A stretch of 61,977 nucleotides of DNA, the filler included, from Dirinaria sp. TL-2023a (lineage: Eukaryota): the NCBI GenBank assembly GCA_051941275.1. It is 22 parts of 22 records of this genome, joined end to end, with 100 filler letters (N's around TTAATTAATTAA, not from the genome) between each part and the next. Parts side by side here need not be neighbours in the genome. Positions count along the whole stretch, not along the records: positions 1 to 2,752 come from JAVEBF010002201.1; positions 2,853 to 5,603 come from JAVEBF010002202.1; positions 5,704 to 8,453 come from JAVEBF010002203.1; positions 8,554 to 11,300 come from JAVEBF010002204.1; positions 11,401 to 14,147 come from JAVEBF010002205.1; 17 more parts are not named here. One strand, given 5' to 3'. The stretch's first letter is position 1. Every line of letters begins with the position of its first letter. Both the position numbers and the translations under genes were made by a program. Positions 1 through 12,967 of the stretch are shown here, piece by piece. Under the pieces are notes generated by a model. The model saw nothing but the letters and a program-made list of their open reading frames with translations, had not been told where the DNA came from and did no database searches.

Positions 1-1193
1 GCTATTAAGCTACTGCTATCCTTTGGGTGGCTGCTTTTCAGCGCAGATCCAGACTGAAATGATTGAAACATCTGCCTGCAAGGTTGAATCAATTAAGTCT
101 CGCTATGCCTTTGGACGAAAATTTTCATGGCCCGGGAACAAAATTCAAAGAAGCTGGCTCCGGTCCACGACATATATTTCTGAAAAGAAAAATACCTGGA
201 TGATCTCAAAAAAGGCTTAGCCGACTACATCTCCCACTACGTGTAGAAGCTTTAGTCTCTACACGTAACGCCAGCAAGCCTTCTGTTGCTCCGGTCCAGC
301 TGGCTGTCATTTTCTCATGGTAATCCCGAGGTCGCTGAAAGCCTTGGCTATGACCTCGAATGCCAGAGCTGGCAATTTAGCAAGAGTAAAGGCTCGAGCT
401 CTGCAAAGGGTTGCTCATTGATGACGAAACATGTTTGAGTGCTATCCCAAAAGTAACACGCTCGCCAAGTAATGGCCTGTGATGTGGGCTTCGAGCGCTA
501 AGCCGATCATTATTCTGAACAGCGAGGGATGCGCAGTGTATGAACTTCGATAAATATTCTACTATTGTCTGACGAAATTGGCGCTTTACCCTTCAGAAGG
601 ATATGTTAATCCTACTCATAATATAATGACGATTCCATCTCGAGACGCTTGATTTCCAGCGCTATTGCCACAGCCATGAACGACTACCGCTCGCCAGGCT
701 CATCTCCTTATGGATCGCCTCTCAGATGACCTTGACACGTCGTGTAGCTTAGCATGGAAATTGTTAACGTTACAAGATTCCTTTCCTGATATTCCTCGAG
801 AATCTTTATAGTAGAGTTACCGCTATTGTATAGCTCAATTAGTCGTCAATTGTTTCGATGGAACGCTTTGTGGAGAGGTGGGATTTGGCAACTAGAATTC
901 TAGGTTTCAAGGTCTGTTCATGTGTTGTCAGAGGATGGCGTGTTGCTTTTTCTGGGCGGGATTCGCTGAAATTTCGATTAGATGGAACTTTGAAATGGGC
1001 TAAAGATGAGTATGATGCATCTCGATTCATTGCTAGGTCTTTGGAATGCAATTCTGACGCTATTAGCAGATCCTGCGAATAACTATTGGATCTGTGACGG
1101 CACGCTCTATTCCTCCGACTTTGAAAGACTTAAAATTTGAACACTTGTCGATCACCCAATTCAGATTGATCTGATCAATTCCTGGTACTCCCT

Positions 1194-2542
1194 CTAGTCA
1201 TCCCATAAGTGCTTCTCCTTCTCCTTCTCCTCGTCAATTTTTCCTTCATCACGGTATTTCTCAATCCTCCTCACAGATTCCTCCACCATCTTCCAAATCC
1301 TCTTTCGATTGACCAAACCTTTCAAGTGGCCCAGCTCGAACTTGGCTTTCCAGTAGACGCCAAACCAACACATCGGAGTGTGAAAGAACTCGCGCGTTTC
1401 CCAGAGCCAGGGCATGTCCTCCAGCACCAATCTCTGAAACAAGATATCCGGCAACTGTCCGAACTTCGTCGAAACAAGCCTGAGATTGGCAATGTCCTTG
1501 GAGCCAAGATTGTCGAGCACGAATCCGGCGACCTCGTTGGACAGCTCGTGAAAGGGGTCTCGAGCCGCGGCCTCGGAGAGTCTCTGGTTTTCGGAGTGTA
1601 AGTCAATCACACCTCGCGGTCGATGGTCACTAGTGGCTGGCCGTACGCCATCAGCTCCTCCTAAGCCATTGGCTCCGATGTGCAAGAGCGTAGCTAAGCC
1701 GGGAATCTCAATTGGATTTGCCGCCAAGTACTCATGCCCTGGCTGATGATACCAGGGGTGGCCGTTACCATTGCGGGTCGCTTGATCGCGTGGGCACTCG
1801 TCGAAGAAATCTTCAATCTGGATCAACCACAAGTTAGGAATGCGGAAGCAAGTGGACTGGGGGGGGACTAGGTACCTCGCGCAAAAACCAGAAACCTTCA
1901 ATGTCGACTTTGCCTAGCCGTTCTCGCGAGATCTTTTTGAAAATCTCGAAGCATGTTGGGTGGAATGGTATAGCCGGCAACAACGCCCTGGGATAAGCCG
2001 GCAACCCGCCTATGGTCTCAGGAGGCTATCAGTCTCTCAGTATGTAGTTCAGTACTCCCCTCATTTGAAGTGCTCACTAGATTGGACATCTGTATCTCGC
2101 TCACACCGTGTCTAGCAGGGGTTGCTTGCCACAAAAGTTGATACCAATGGCCGCCCACCAGCCCGGTTAGAAAGTAACCGCTTTCCAACTCAAAATCTTG
2201 GTCATCAGCTTCGGCCTGCCACCCTTTGTCTTTCTTCGCCAAACATTGTACGTATCTGCACCCTTTCATCTCCTGAGCGGTGATCCTGTTGCCGTTGTAG
2301 GCGGTGGTTAGAATACATCCCGGGCCTGCAACATGCTCTAGTAACACTACCCTAGCATAATCGACTCGCTCAGGAAAAGAGCAGCCTGTGTCTGGTCCGC
2401 ATTTGTTGCTCGGAGGGCGATTGCGGATCTTTTCTACAAAGATGGAACCCAAGTGATCCCAGCTGTCTTTCAGTGGCTCGTGGAAACTTCGTAGCCGCCC
2501 GATAGCGAAGGATACGCCACAGAGCTGACAAACTTCCTCCAT
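1194..2542 (-). CDS. Fungal F-box domain protein (multi-exon)
   Basis: Spliced model: CQLCGVSF..EHVAGPGC..EMKGC..DDQDFELES.YFL / intron GTGAGC..TAG / AIPFHPTCFEIF / intron GTACCT..CTAAC..CAG / HEYLAANP, then F-box-like DPFHELSNEV..VLDNLGSKDIANLRLVS and terminal GLVNRKRIW; exact start uncertain. Confidence 0.75.
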
Positions 2543-2752
2543 CCTGAGTGAGAATGCCTTCTTCACAAAATCTCCACCTGATCAAGGCAACCATTTGTCA
2601 GGCAGGATACAAGGCAAATGCATCAGGTAGGGCAAAAGAAGTCTATTTACATGCGGACGCTAAGCCTAATATTGCATCTAGTGTCAGCACACCTAGCTAA
2701 CATCTCTGGGCAGATGACACTTTCGCAGTAGTATTGTTGTTATGTGAAGCAA

Positions 2753-2852
2753 NNNNNNNNNNNNNNNNNNNNNNNNNNNNNNNNNNNNNNNNNNNNTTAA
2801 TTAATTAANNNNNNNNNNNNNNNNNNNNNNNNNNNNNNNNNNNNNNNNNNNN
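2753..2852. other. Artificial contig linker (N-run + TTAATTAATTAA six-frame stop + N-run); first of 21 such linkers
   Basis: Same ~100-bp pattern starts at 2753, 5604, 8454, 11301, 14148, 16994, 19831, 22668, 25501, 28332, 31161, 33986, 36803, 39614, 42421, 45222, 48021, 50816, 53609, 56400 and 59190; intervening segments never increase in length. Confidence 0.99.
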
Positions 2853-3256
2853 ACTTCCGTCTCAGCTCTACCTTGCGTCAGGCGGCAACTAGCTTTGAGA
2901 GCCAATATCGATTCTCGAAATGACTCGTGTCTTGGTCTTTGGCTGAGTCTTTAAACATACTTTCAAAGTAGCAGGTTGTTGACTTCACCTTCAACAGTCT
3001 CACAAGTTGATGACGTTTGCAATTCCGTCACAATGACACAAGTACATTCTGTTCATGGGGGGACGTGAATGGTGAGTTCAATGTCAGAGATTATATTCAA
3101 AGTTACCAGGTGTGTCACACCATATCTCTATATCTTGACTTTTCTGCAAGCAAGTACCATGGAAAGCTATATACTTAAGGGAAGTCCAAATAACCTACTC
3201 TTTGTCAGTCGAAACTCTTTACCCTCCTTGCAAACGAACAAGAAAAGATCCCCAAC

Positions 3257-4603
3257 ATGTACACCGTAGCAGGCCTACAGCAACCAGAAGACTCTTTCGG
3301 GTCCTCCAGCCGCTTCATCGAACGATACGGCCTTCCACCAGGAAGGAAAGCGTTATCAAAAAAGAGCCTCGACAAAAAATACAAAAGAATACGTGTGCTC
3401 GATGCAGGAGCCGCTCAGGGGGGCGTGGGAGCGCTGAACCAAGGCGTGGATCTGGTGGAAGCCGTAAGCGGTTCGCGACAAGGGCAATGCTTCGTGCTGA
3501 AGCGGATTCAAGTCGAGCCCAACAAAAACAGCGTCTTGAAGCGAGAAATCGAACTCCTGCACGTGCTCAAGCACCCGAACATCGTGAAGTTTATTGAGGG
3601 CTACATCCCAGCGAACCACAATGGGCAGGCGCAGCTGGTGATGGAATTCTGCGACCGCGGCAGCTTGCAGGACTTGATCCGCAAGTACATCAAATACAAC
3701 GCCGCGCTCCCGCAGGACGCCCTAGAAGATGCGTGGATCCCTGAAGCGTTTATCTGGCACGCGTTTGAGTCGCTGATGTCTGCGCTGGCGTATATCCACC
3801 ACGGCGTGGCGGGGAATGACAAGAGCGTTCCATCAGTTCCCAAGGAAGTCGAGGCTTGGCCGTTGATATTGCATCGCGACATCAAGCCCGATAATATCTT
3901 TCTCAAAAGCGTGCCCAGCAACAGCTTCCCATCACCACACTTCCCTCCACCACACTTCCCTCATATGCAGTCCGGCCATGTCCCACCTCAGAACTTCACC
4001 AATTACGCGCCAAATAGCATACAGCCATACCCACGTGTAATCCTCGCAGACTTCGTAAGCACAAAACCCCCCTCCCCCTTTTTTCCTCTTCCCTGCCGAA
4101 ACAAAAAAAAAAAAAAAAAACGATCCCTAACCCCTGAGAACAACCACTAGGGCGTAGCTACGCAAAAATTCGAACCGGACTGGGAAAACAACGCCCTCTG
4201 CGCCGGCACCGTGACCTGGATGTCGCCCGAACTCCCGGACATGACCGCCCGCGGCGAAGTCTGGGCCGTCGGCGCCGTCGTAATGTCTTTGGGCCTCCAA
4301 CTCAAGTACGGACCGATCAAAGAACCCGACGACCAGAATCTACAGGAGCTAAAAGAGGACCAAAAAAAATTCGAGGAATGGATCCATACGCCCATGGCCA
4401 GGATGGGCGTCAGGGATCGACGTGTGGAAGGGTACAGTGAGCCCCTTCAGACGCTGATCCGTAAGTCTTTGAGGTATAAGAGCTTCCATCGGCCGCTGAG
4501 TTGGCAGTTGCTGGGTGAGATCCGGACGGAGAGGTGGAAGGCAGGGTGCGAGTTTGAGCCGTTGCCTGCGTGGGCGTTTGGGAAAAAGAAGAAGAATAAA
4601 TAG
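3257..4603 (+). CDS. Ser/Thr protein kinase (NIMA/NEK-like), 2 exons, intron 4055-4150
   Basis: VLKRI, REIELL..LKHPNIV, MEFCDRGSL, HRDIKPDN; DFG rebuilt across intron GTAAGC..CTAAC..TAG; GT..WMSPE. Confidence 0.88.
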
Positions 4604-4789
4604 TTTTAGGTGGATCAGGCTGGCTGTTTTTCCGTTTGGGAGGAGGTCTGTTTACATACCCAGTTGTGTACGAGTCTATTTTTCTTTTTTTTTTTAAGAG
4701 GGCCCTGCAGGGCAGGGGGGAAGTGTCTAGATGCCATGGCATTGCTGCCGCCTTCGAGTGGCTAATATTGACGCCTCGGGAGATCTTTC

Positions 4790-5110
4790 GAATGCGTTCT
4801 TCCGATGACAAGTCTTCAAAGGATTTTCGCATTATACATGACAATTCTTTTATCGATGTGTCGATAACGAGATATTAATTTATAGCATATAATGCTTCAT
4901 TAACATTTTCTTCGACTTTCACATTCGCTTCCTCATTTGCTTAATTATCGTACTCGACATCGCATTGCGAAAACGCTTTCTCACTTATTCATTTCAAATA
5001 TCGATCGCTGAGATAAAACAAAGTTGTTGACGCTTGAGACAGTTTTTTGTCTTGTCAAATAGACGTCTTTGACGTCGACCAGATTCAAAATCTAATACCA
5101 TGACTTTTGC
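4790..5110. repeat. AT-rich, CpG-retaining decayed repeat fragment
   Basis: Abrupt compositional shift, with few CC/GG and many CG dinucleotides, like the decayed retroelement at 34.1-34.7 kb. Confidence 0.4.
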
Positions 5111-6093
5111 AACTCGGGTTCATGAGGGATCGGATGCACTTCTGGATGGGTTGGAGGGGGGGGGTTGACTTTGTTTTCTCTTTTTAGGGAGTGTCTATTT
5201 ACATACTCGTTTGTGTGCGAGTTCTTTTTTTTTTTTTTTTTTTTTCTTTTTCCTTTTTTTTAAAAAACGTTTATATTATGACGATATGCTGTCTGGTCAC
5301 AAGGTATTGCATGTGCGTAAACGCATGTCGAAGCAGCCCCAGGCAGTCAAAAACCAAAAAAAAAAAAAAAAGCCAACCCACAAAATTTCAACTCCTGGAC
5401 CATACTCGGACCACCCTTTCCCGAAAAAAGAAAAAAGGTCTCTACAAATCCACGCCCTTCACCTGCACCTCTCACCCATCATCCGAAAATGGGTCTCTCA
5501 ATCCTCCTCCATCAACAACACCGTTTCTTCTCTCCCCCTCCCCCAAACGTATACCTCCCAAAATCAACCTCTGAGCCCCGACCACCCAGGCAAAGGCAAA
5601 TCANNNNNNNNNNNNNNNNNNNNNNNNNNNNNNNNNNNNNNNNNNNNTTAATTAATTAANNNNNNNNNNNNNNNNNNNNNNNNNNNNNNNNNNNNNNNNN
5701 NNNCAAGCATATCATCGCACTCAGACGGTGAAATCCCACAAAGGACGCGCGTTCTTCAAAAAGAGAGTCTGTTGCTGTATTGCTCTTCTGTGGATTCTGA
5801 AAGGCTGCAAGAAGCTAAGCGTCTCGACTGAGTTGTCGTGACATAAAGGGATCTTTCCCCCCTGCCATTGCAATCTCGCTTAAAGTGTTTTTCGCGCACT
5901 AGGCTGAAAACATCCAGTATTGGACTGGATTATGCTATACGCCAAGGTCCTTCTTTGGATAAGACATGTTCGCAGCGACTCTCTGATACCGTTACCATCT
6001 GAAAGTCCCTCCATGAAGTATCTCTCCTTTTACATTTGTACTGCGCCGTAACCTCTAAATCCTCATATCGTTATTGGGTCTGTCGTTGGAGCA

Positions 6094-7385
6094 ATGCCTG
6101 AACTTCGGAGCGAGCAACAGATGAAGCTCGAACGGTTTGCAAGACAATGGCATCAATGGTATGTCGAAGAGGGATTAACACTTCGTTGTTGCAAAGCCAA
6201 ATTCGATTGGCTCTTCACAATTCTACAATTTCATGAGGGAAGACCCGGCTACCATGCAACGTTAGTATGTCAATGTTACTATCTTCATTGGAGAGCTGAC
6301 GTGGGTATCGCATATCCAGCGAGGAGGATTGGCGAGAGTGTCGACGTAGCTGGGCTACTCGCTGGCAGCTGCGGAGGAGCAATCGAACCTTACCAGCAGA
6401 GCTCGCTATGAAAGAATTGTGGTATCAGTATGGCCAAATACTCGAAAGCATAAGCGATACACATGCTTCAATCCAAGTGTGAGTTTTGGAGACGGATCTG
6501 ACATAGTTATCTCACTGTGAGTTAATGTAGGAAAAGTGCCACCAGTCCTCCGCAGGCCCAGCTCGGGCACACAACTGAGAATTCGACGGGCTCAGGCATG
6601 GAGATTGTAGGCGAAGGGGATCCGTGTCCAACCTTCAACAAGATCGACGGAGAGTAAGCGATATCTACTCAGACACCATTCCATCTAACTCAAGCGTGTC
6701 TTACAGGCTCTACGACTGGGGCTTGACAAGGCAAAACAAGCCAGGGGGGGTGGATCAGCCACAAAAAGCGGCCCTCGTCATGATTAACTCCTTGGCTGGC
6801 ATTCGCTGTCCCGTCCAAACGAATGTTGGGCCGATACAAACTGAGGTCGGTTCATTATATCAAGAACCTCATGCCAGTGGTCAGCAATCTTGGGTTGCCG
6901 ACAGCCAAGCTCTGGGACCCCCTATACAGATCCAAATGCCACCAGGTTGCCTCTCTTCCGGAGATCTTGACTCGGCACTTGCTGGGGATGAGACCAGGGC
7001 TCACACGACAAGCACCACCGAGGAGATTGGGTGCATCCTGGACGCCATCCGATCTCGACCCTACAAGCGTACCAAGGGAACCTACGAAGGCCGCAGCAAC
7101 GCCAGCAGGGTCTACAAGGCCGCCCGCTTGCGCCGAAGCCCACATCAGCACAAGAATAATGTGTTGACCGATTTAAACGTATCCGAACCTGTCCAGTCTC
7201 TGAATGACTTTGCTGAACCCGCATTGCAAGTCCATGAGCGCACTCAAATAGCCGCATCTAATTCCGCAGATGCTGGGGTAGCCGTTGCGCGGGAGCACCT
7301 GTGGCCTACACTCCCTTCACCTGCCACCGATCTGAACGAATTTATTTCGACTTCAGACGGGGTTTCACGAGTATCAATGTCCTAG
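6094..7385 (+). CDS. Hypothetical multi-exon protein with weak Clr5-like N-terminus
   Basis: WYVEEGLTL...GYHAT then GTTAGT..CTGAC..CAG intron continuing EEDWRECRRSW; low-complexity C-terminal ORF 6624-7385. Confidence 0.35.
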
Positions 7386-9296
7386 TTGAACAGCCTAGGT
7401 CCGCAAGCTTTCTCATTAGATCGACCACTTGTACAATCTCGCCGCGTGAAGTCTGAGGACCTAACCAGTGTGAATCTAGACCTCGTACTTGAGTAACTAC
7501 AAAAATTCGTTCTTTGAAGAGAAGGGTTGATGAGAAAGCCAGGAGATCAGCCTTGCACATGCTTGAACCAACGCATATCAGGCCTGTTCTACAACGTAAT
7601 AGGTAGTAGTCTGTAGGAAAGGGTTGGACTGCGACCCCTCAGACTGTGAGCAGTCTACAACATCCTGGCATCAATTCCGCTATATCGAGACCAAATTTTT
7701 AAGATTGATAGAAATGGTTACGAAAAGCAATAAACACCCAACGATATCATCTAATCAATATCATCTACGCGATCATGGACTTTCTCATTCTCAAGATACA
7801 ATGCTTATATCCAATACCCTCATTCTCGCTTGTGGAAAGCTCGATATCGATTCATATCCAACATCAGGAAGTGGTTTCATCACTTCCTCCTCATTTTCAT
7901 TACCATTTGAACCAACCTCTAATATTGCTCCGTATCACCTGAGCAGCTGCAAAAATGTATCAACGCAGCAGGTGCCGAGAGTTCAGCATGAAGAGCTAAT
8001 ACTCTCTACATGCACTTGTCCCCGATCAATTCTATTCGCCCATTTCTTGACAACGATCATCTCATTTCTCCCGATATCTTTCTTTTGACACCTTCAAGCC
8101 GCAGCAAACCAGTATTTTCAGAGACGGATCATAGATCAAAGCGGGAAATGGGCTGATTTTGATTAGCGAAACAAAAAGGAAATACCTCTAACATCCTCCG
8201 CTAGTAGACATAAAAAATCGCTACAAGCTAAGCATTAATCGGTACATTCATATCATACTTTGCTCCTCATCAAAATCTACGCCCTCCCACCAGCTATTGA
8301 ACCTACCTCAGCACTTCGCTCCCTCATCCCCTTTTATCTTCACGCCCTTCAGCAAAGCACGTAAAATTCTTTGTGGGCTCAATTCTCAAGAAGGAAGAGA
8401 AACGGATCTACCTCTAATACATTCTACCGCCTACACCAACCACCCGATTGAGCNNNNNNNNNNNNNNNNNNNNNNNNNNNNNNNNNNNNNNNNNNNNTTA
8501 ATTAATTAANNNNNNNNNNNNNNNNNNNNNNNNNNNNNNNNNNNNNNNNNNNNCTCCCACAAAAAAAAAAAAAACAAAATGTAGTAATAGTTGAAAAAGG
8601 GACATGTAAACCAATAAACCATCTCAATTCTCAGACTCCGCCCAATTTTTTCTTAGAAACGCAATATACTGTAAGATTACTAACTTCCCTTGTATGCGAT
8701 CGATATAATCACTATATCCCCCGCCCAACAAAAACAGTGAAACTATCTGCCATGTCATGTCACGGAAATCAGAATTGGAATTTTTGCTGCCCCCTTACCG
8801 CTTAAGGAGGTTTTTTGGGGGAGGGAAGGAAAAAGGTTAGAAATATCTAAGGTACATGTATGTGAGATACTATGTACGCCGCCACTACTGTGAAGGGGGA
8901 AGGGGGAGGATGAGGCCTATCTATGTAAATGGTATGGTAATCTTACACTACACTACATACGACAAGGAAGGATATGTGAATCTTATCTGTCGAAAACGTA
9001 AATGCCGCCAGATTATTTCATGTCATCGAACTGGACTGGTGATTCGAGTTTGAGAAAGAAAGAAAAGAGGTTTTTTTTGCACCGAACGCGGCAAACCCCA
9101 ACCCAACCACCCAACTTTCGCTGTTCTCCATTTTTAAAGTTTGTACATAAGAGGAGATTCCGGTTCTCCCACCCCACCCTTCCGGACGCCTCGCTAAATG
9201 TGGATTTATTTCATTTGCTCATTTTTTGATGGCCTGAATATGATGGAGGGGGTATATATATGTACACATACGTGACTCTGGGGATAACAACAACGG

Positions 9297-11230
9297 TCAT
9301 GTAGCGGCTTGCTGGTGCTGGTGCTGCTGGAGGAGTGCTTTGACGGCTTTGTCAACCTCATCCGTGGCGATGCGCTCCCATTCCTCTTTCCGTTCGCCGT
9401 TGATGCCCTCCGTGTCCTCCCCTGCTTTCTCGTACAGCATCCGCGATACGTTGCGGTTGATGTCGGTGTATTGATCCTTGTTCACGGCGTTGCTCTTGTA
9501 GTGAGGTTTCAGCGCGGCGCTGACGAGTTTCTGCAAATCCGACTTCGCCGAGAGCGACATTGTGCGGCGGTTCGGCGACGTGTAGGTCGATCTTGATGGG
9601 CTACTCGGCCCGGGCGAAACGTTGCGAGGACGACTCAAGCGTGCTTCTTCGGCTCGGATGTGGTATTCGTCCGCTTGACGATACTGAGGGCGTTCGGATG
9701 GCGAAGTTGAGGGCGAGAAGTCTGCGGCGGGGTAGACTGGTTCGACCTTTGAGGAGAGTGTGAGGGGTGAGCTCGGTCGGAGCCCGGAGGCGATCGGTGG
9801 CGGTGTTGCGGATAGCGCACGAGGACTTGCGTGGTTCGATGACGTTGGGGAGGCTCCGGGTGACGAGAAGCCAGGAGACGCAGGATCGTTAGGGAAGCGT
9901 GATGGCTGAGGTTGGGCAATGGTCTGGTCAGGGACTGAGGACGACTCAACTTCCTTTAGCAAGGACTGTAGAAAGCTTGGACCTTGGTCACGCGGGTGGT
10001 TAGTCGAGGTGCTGGCGCTACGCGACGATGATTGCTCTACAGCACAATTGCGGCGAGTATCAACATCAGCTGAGACGTCGGTAGAAGGTTCAATGAGGTC
10101 CATCATACGGCGCGTTCTCGGTCGCTTCAGCTGGCGTTCGGGTTCAGGTGCAGGTCCTGGCTCGGATGGCGAAGTCGTGGCAGACTTCCTTTTTCTCTGG
10201 TTGGAACTTGGGACAGCCTGTATCTCCTTTGCTTTCTCAAAAGCATTCCAGGCTCTTATCTCCTCTGGAGACTCAGGACCGTCATTTAGTTGTTGCGACC
10301 GTCCACGATTTTGGCGGTGATCGAGAAGGGTCGAGGCGGTCTCTCGAAATCTATTAGCTCCCCCCTGTCGCTCCGCCACTTGAAACCGTCTTTCCCACTC
10401 TCGGAATTCACGCCGCTGCTGGCTTTGAGCCAGGTGTGGGTAAACGGTATGCGATTCACTGGGTCCTTCATCAAAAGGGAAGTCTAGATCAAGGTTGAGT
10501 CGATCCCAGACGGATTGCCATACACGGGCCCAACTGGAAGATGTGGCCTGGGCGTGACCCCTTGCTCGCCTTCGTCGAACTCTTGTACGCCGTTCGAAAT
10601 ACCGATGTTGGGCGTCTGCTTCTGTACGTGTCCGGCGGCTCAGGCAATCATCGCAAAACCATTGCGTGACAGGGATCTCGTCCAGATCGACACAGTAGGT
10701 ATGATAGTCGTCGCCGCAATCATCGCAAACCACCATGTGGTCTTCGTTATCATTTTCTCCACACAGTGGACATGCGTGGTAGTCGAGTTCTTCTTCGAGC
10801 TCGTCGGTGAACAAGGAGGGATCAATTTCAGCCACTTGCGTACGGTCGGCAACAGGGTAGGATGAGATGACAGGACCTGAACGGAAAGGCGTCAGTGTGG
10901 GCCCAAGTTGTCTGTACACATCCCCTATGACTCACCTCCTATCTTTTGGCTGAGGTCGACTTGGTTGAAGCTCTGACGGCAGATAGGGCAGCTGTTCGCT
11001 CGCTCCACCCATGGCTTGAGGCATTCATTGTGCAGGTTGTGACCACAAGGAAGCAGATGGGCAATCATCTCTTGGGCATGGTCATTGCTCCGTGATCGGG
11101 ACCTTGTATGGACATGGAGAGGCCGGTTTTCTGGGACGTGCTCGGACTTGATAATTGGAGCATTGGGGTGGGGCAAGTCATTGGCGCTTTCGCCAAGGTC
11201 GCCAAGACAGACAATACATGTGTCGGACAT
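9297..11230 (-). CDS. PHD and RING finger domain protein, intron 10877-10935
   Basis: RING CIVC...[48 protein letters not shown]-like C-terminus [24 protein letters not shown]. Confidence 0.9.
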
Positions 11231-11476
11231 TGTTCTGAATATTTGTATTAGGATTGGAGGTTGTCAAAAAAGTGGAAGTCATGAGGGTCTTCTTTGGTGG
11301 NNNNNNNNNNNNNNNNNNNNNNNNNNNNNNNNNNNNNNNNNNNNTTAATTAATTAANNNNNNNNNNNNNNNNNNNNNNNNNNNNNNNNNNNNNNNNNNNN
11401 ATATATGATAACCGAACCGTACCGTCGCTATGCAGCACTGCCTTCTCAACCCAAAAAAAAGAAAATAGGGGAGGCC

Positions 11477-12769
11477 TCAAAGGACATCCTCTGCCTGCTG
11501 CTCTCCACCATCCCCGGCAGCGGCGGCGGCAGCAGCAGCAGCGGCGGTAGCCGTCTCCTTCGACGCCTCGGTGTCCCTGCCCGCGACTTCCTCACCCACA
11601 AACACGCCCAGGCCCGCGAACGCCTCGAACATCGTCCGCGCATAATACTCCTTCACATCGTAACCGCCGGCCATGATCTGCGGGTTCCCGTTCAACGCTT
11701 CCAGCCACTGGTTTTCGTACCGGTCCTGCAGGACGTAGTAATCGTGCTCAAATACCATGCCGCCGAAGGGATCATACGCTTTCTCGGGCTCGGTTTCTGA
11801 GTCTGAGGCGGCGGCGGCGGCGGGGGCGGGTTTGAGGCCTTCGATTGTGAATGTAGGAGTAGTGGTAGTGGAGTTGTTATTACTGGTGGATTTGTTGGCT
11901 TTCGCTTGCTGCTGCTGCTGCTGTTTTAGTTGGGCTAGGCGTGCTTTCTCCCCCCGCGCGGAGCTTTTCTTCAATTGGACCCGCTGCTGCTGCTGCATTG
12001 TTGCTTTCACGATTTCGTCTGCGTCCCCCGCCTTACTCTTCGCGAGGCGGTCCACGAGTTCGCGTCTGCCTTCCTCGCGCTCGCGCCGCTCGTCGTCTTC
12101 TTCGCGGATCGCTTCCGCCCTGCGCATGCGCGCCCGCTCCTTCTCGGCCGCGAAGCCGGCTTCCGCGCTCGCCGATTCCTGCCGGTGCAGGGCCTGGTTC
12201 TTGCTGATGGATTTGGCGTTCGACTGCGCGTAGGCGTGCAGTTTCCGCTCCGTCGCTTCCACGTCGATGTTGTGCAGCAGGTTGAACGTCAGGGTCTCGG
12301 TTTCTTCCAGGTAGTTGTTGTACGCGAGCAAGGAGGTGAATTCCTCCTGCCGCCGGTTGAAGATCGATGCCACGCGCCGCCGGATATCGACTTCCCGCTC
12401 CACTTGGATGTCTTCGAAGGTTTGTTTCCGGAAACGCTGTTTTCGTAACGTGCGTGCGCAGCCGGCGACGGGGCAAGGGGCGGGCCCGGAGGAGAAGATG
12501 CGGTCGACGCATGATTCGCACATCTTGTGGTAGCATTCTGGGTTTACGAGGAAGCGCATGCTTTGGTTTAGGTACCGCGAGGATTTGCATACGGGGCAGA
12601 TGTCTGTTTGCAGGGGTTTAGTCATGCTGTGGTTTGCGGTGAGAGCGGTTTGGGAGAGAAGCAGACTGTCGGTCTCAAGAGCTAAGCGGCGAAAATGAGA
12701 GTCAAGCTCACCATCGTCGGCTCCTCGTTTCGGTAGGACGCTCCCGTTCTGACTGGGTTGTTTGGACAT
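11477..12769 (-). CDS. TFB3: TFIIH/CAK assembly factor MAT1 (Tfb3), intron 12604-12711
   Basis: RING CPVCKSSRYLN..CYHKMCESCVDRIF..PCP..C..LRK..F..QTFED..VEREVDIR; YNNYLEE; C-terminal AGGY..YYART.FEAFAGL. Confidence 0.95.
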   Translation of the reverse strand: MSKQPSQNGSVLPKRGADDGELDSHFRRLALETDSLLLSQTALTANHSMTKPLQTDICPVCKSSRYLNQSMRFLVNPECYHKMCESCVDRIFSSGPAPCPVAGCARTLRKQRFRKQTFEDIQVEREVDIRRRVASIFNRRQEEFTSLLAYNNYLEETETLTFNLLHNIDVEATERKLHAYAQSNAKSISKNQALHRQESASAEAGFAAEKERARMRRAEAIREEDDERREREEGRRELVDRLAKSKAGDADEIVKATMQQQQRVQLKKSSARGEKARLAQLKQQQQQQAKANKSTSNNNSTTTTPTFTIEGLKPAPAAAAASDSETEPEKAYDPFGGMVFEHDYYVLQDRYENQWLEALNGNPQIMAGGYDVKEYYARTMFEAFAGLGVFVGEEVAGRDTEASKETATAAAAAAAAAAGDGGEQQAEDVL

Positions 12770-12967
12770 TATTGTAGGAGCTGAGCTTGCTCCTTGGTGA
12801 ATGCAGAGAAATGTGGGAGTCACAATTTGGTAAGAAATGGAGGTCGAAATATCGATGATCTCGCGTAAAATTGCTGCCGGTTCAGGTTGCTTTGGCTATA
12901 ACGAACGACGACATTCCTCATATCAATCTCCACTGAATAATCAACAGTATTTCGACAGTATTGCGTC

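Noticed and set aside
2797..2808. Regularly spaced TTAATTAATTAA repeats (CRISPR-like or regulatory?)
   Set aside because: Embedded in N-runs; this is a standard six-frame-stop assembly linker
11757..12621. Long antisense or alternative-frame ORFs over TFB3 (similarly over the PHD/RING, promethin and Mid2-like genes)
   Set aside because: Expected shadows of GC-rich coding sequence
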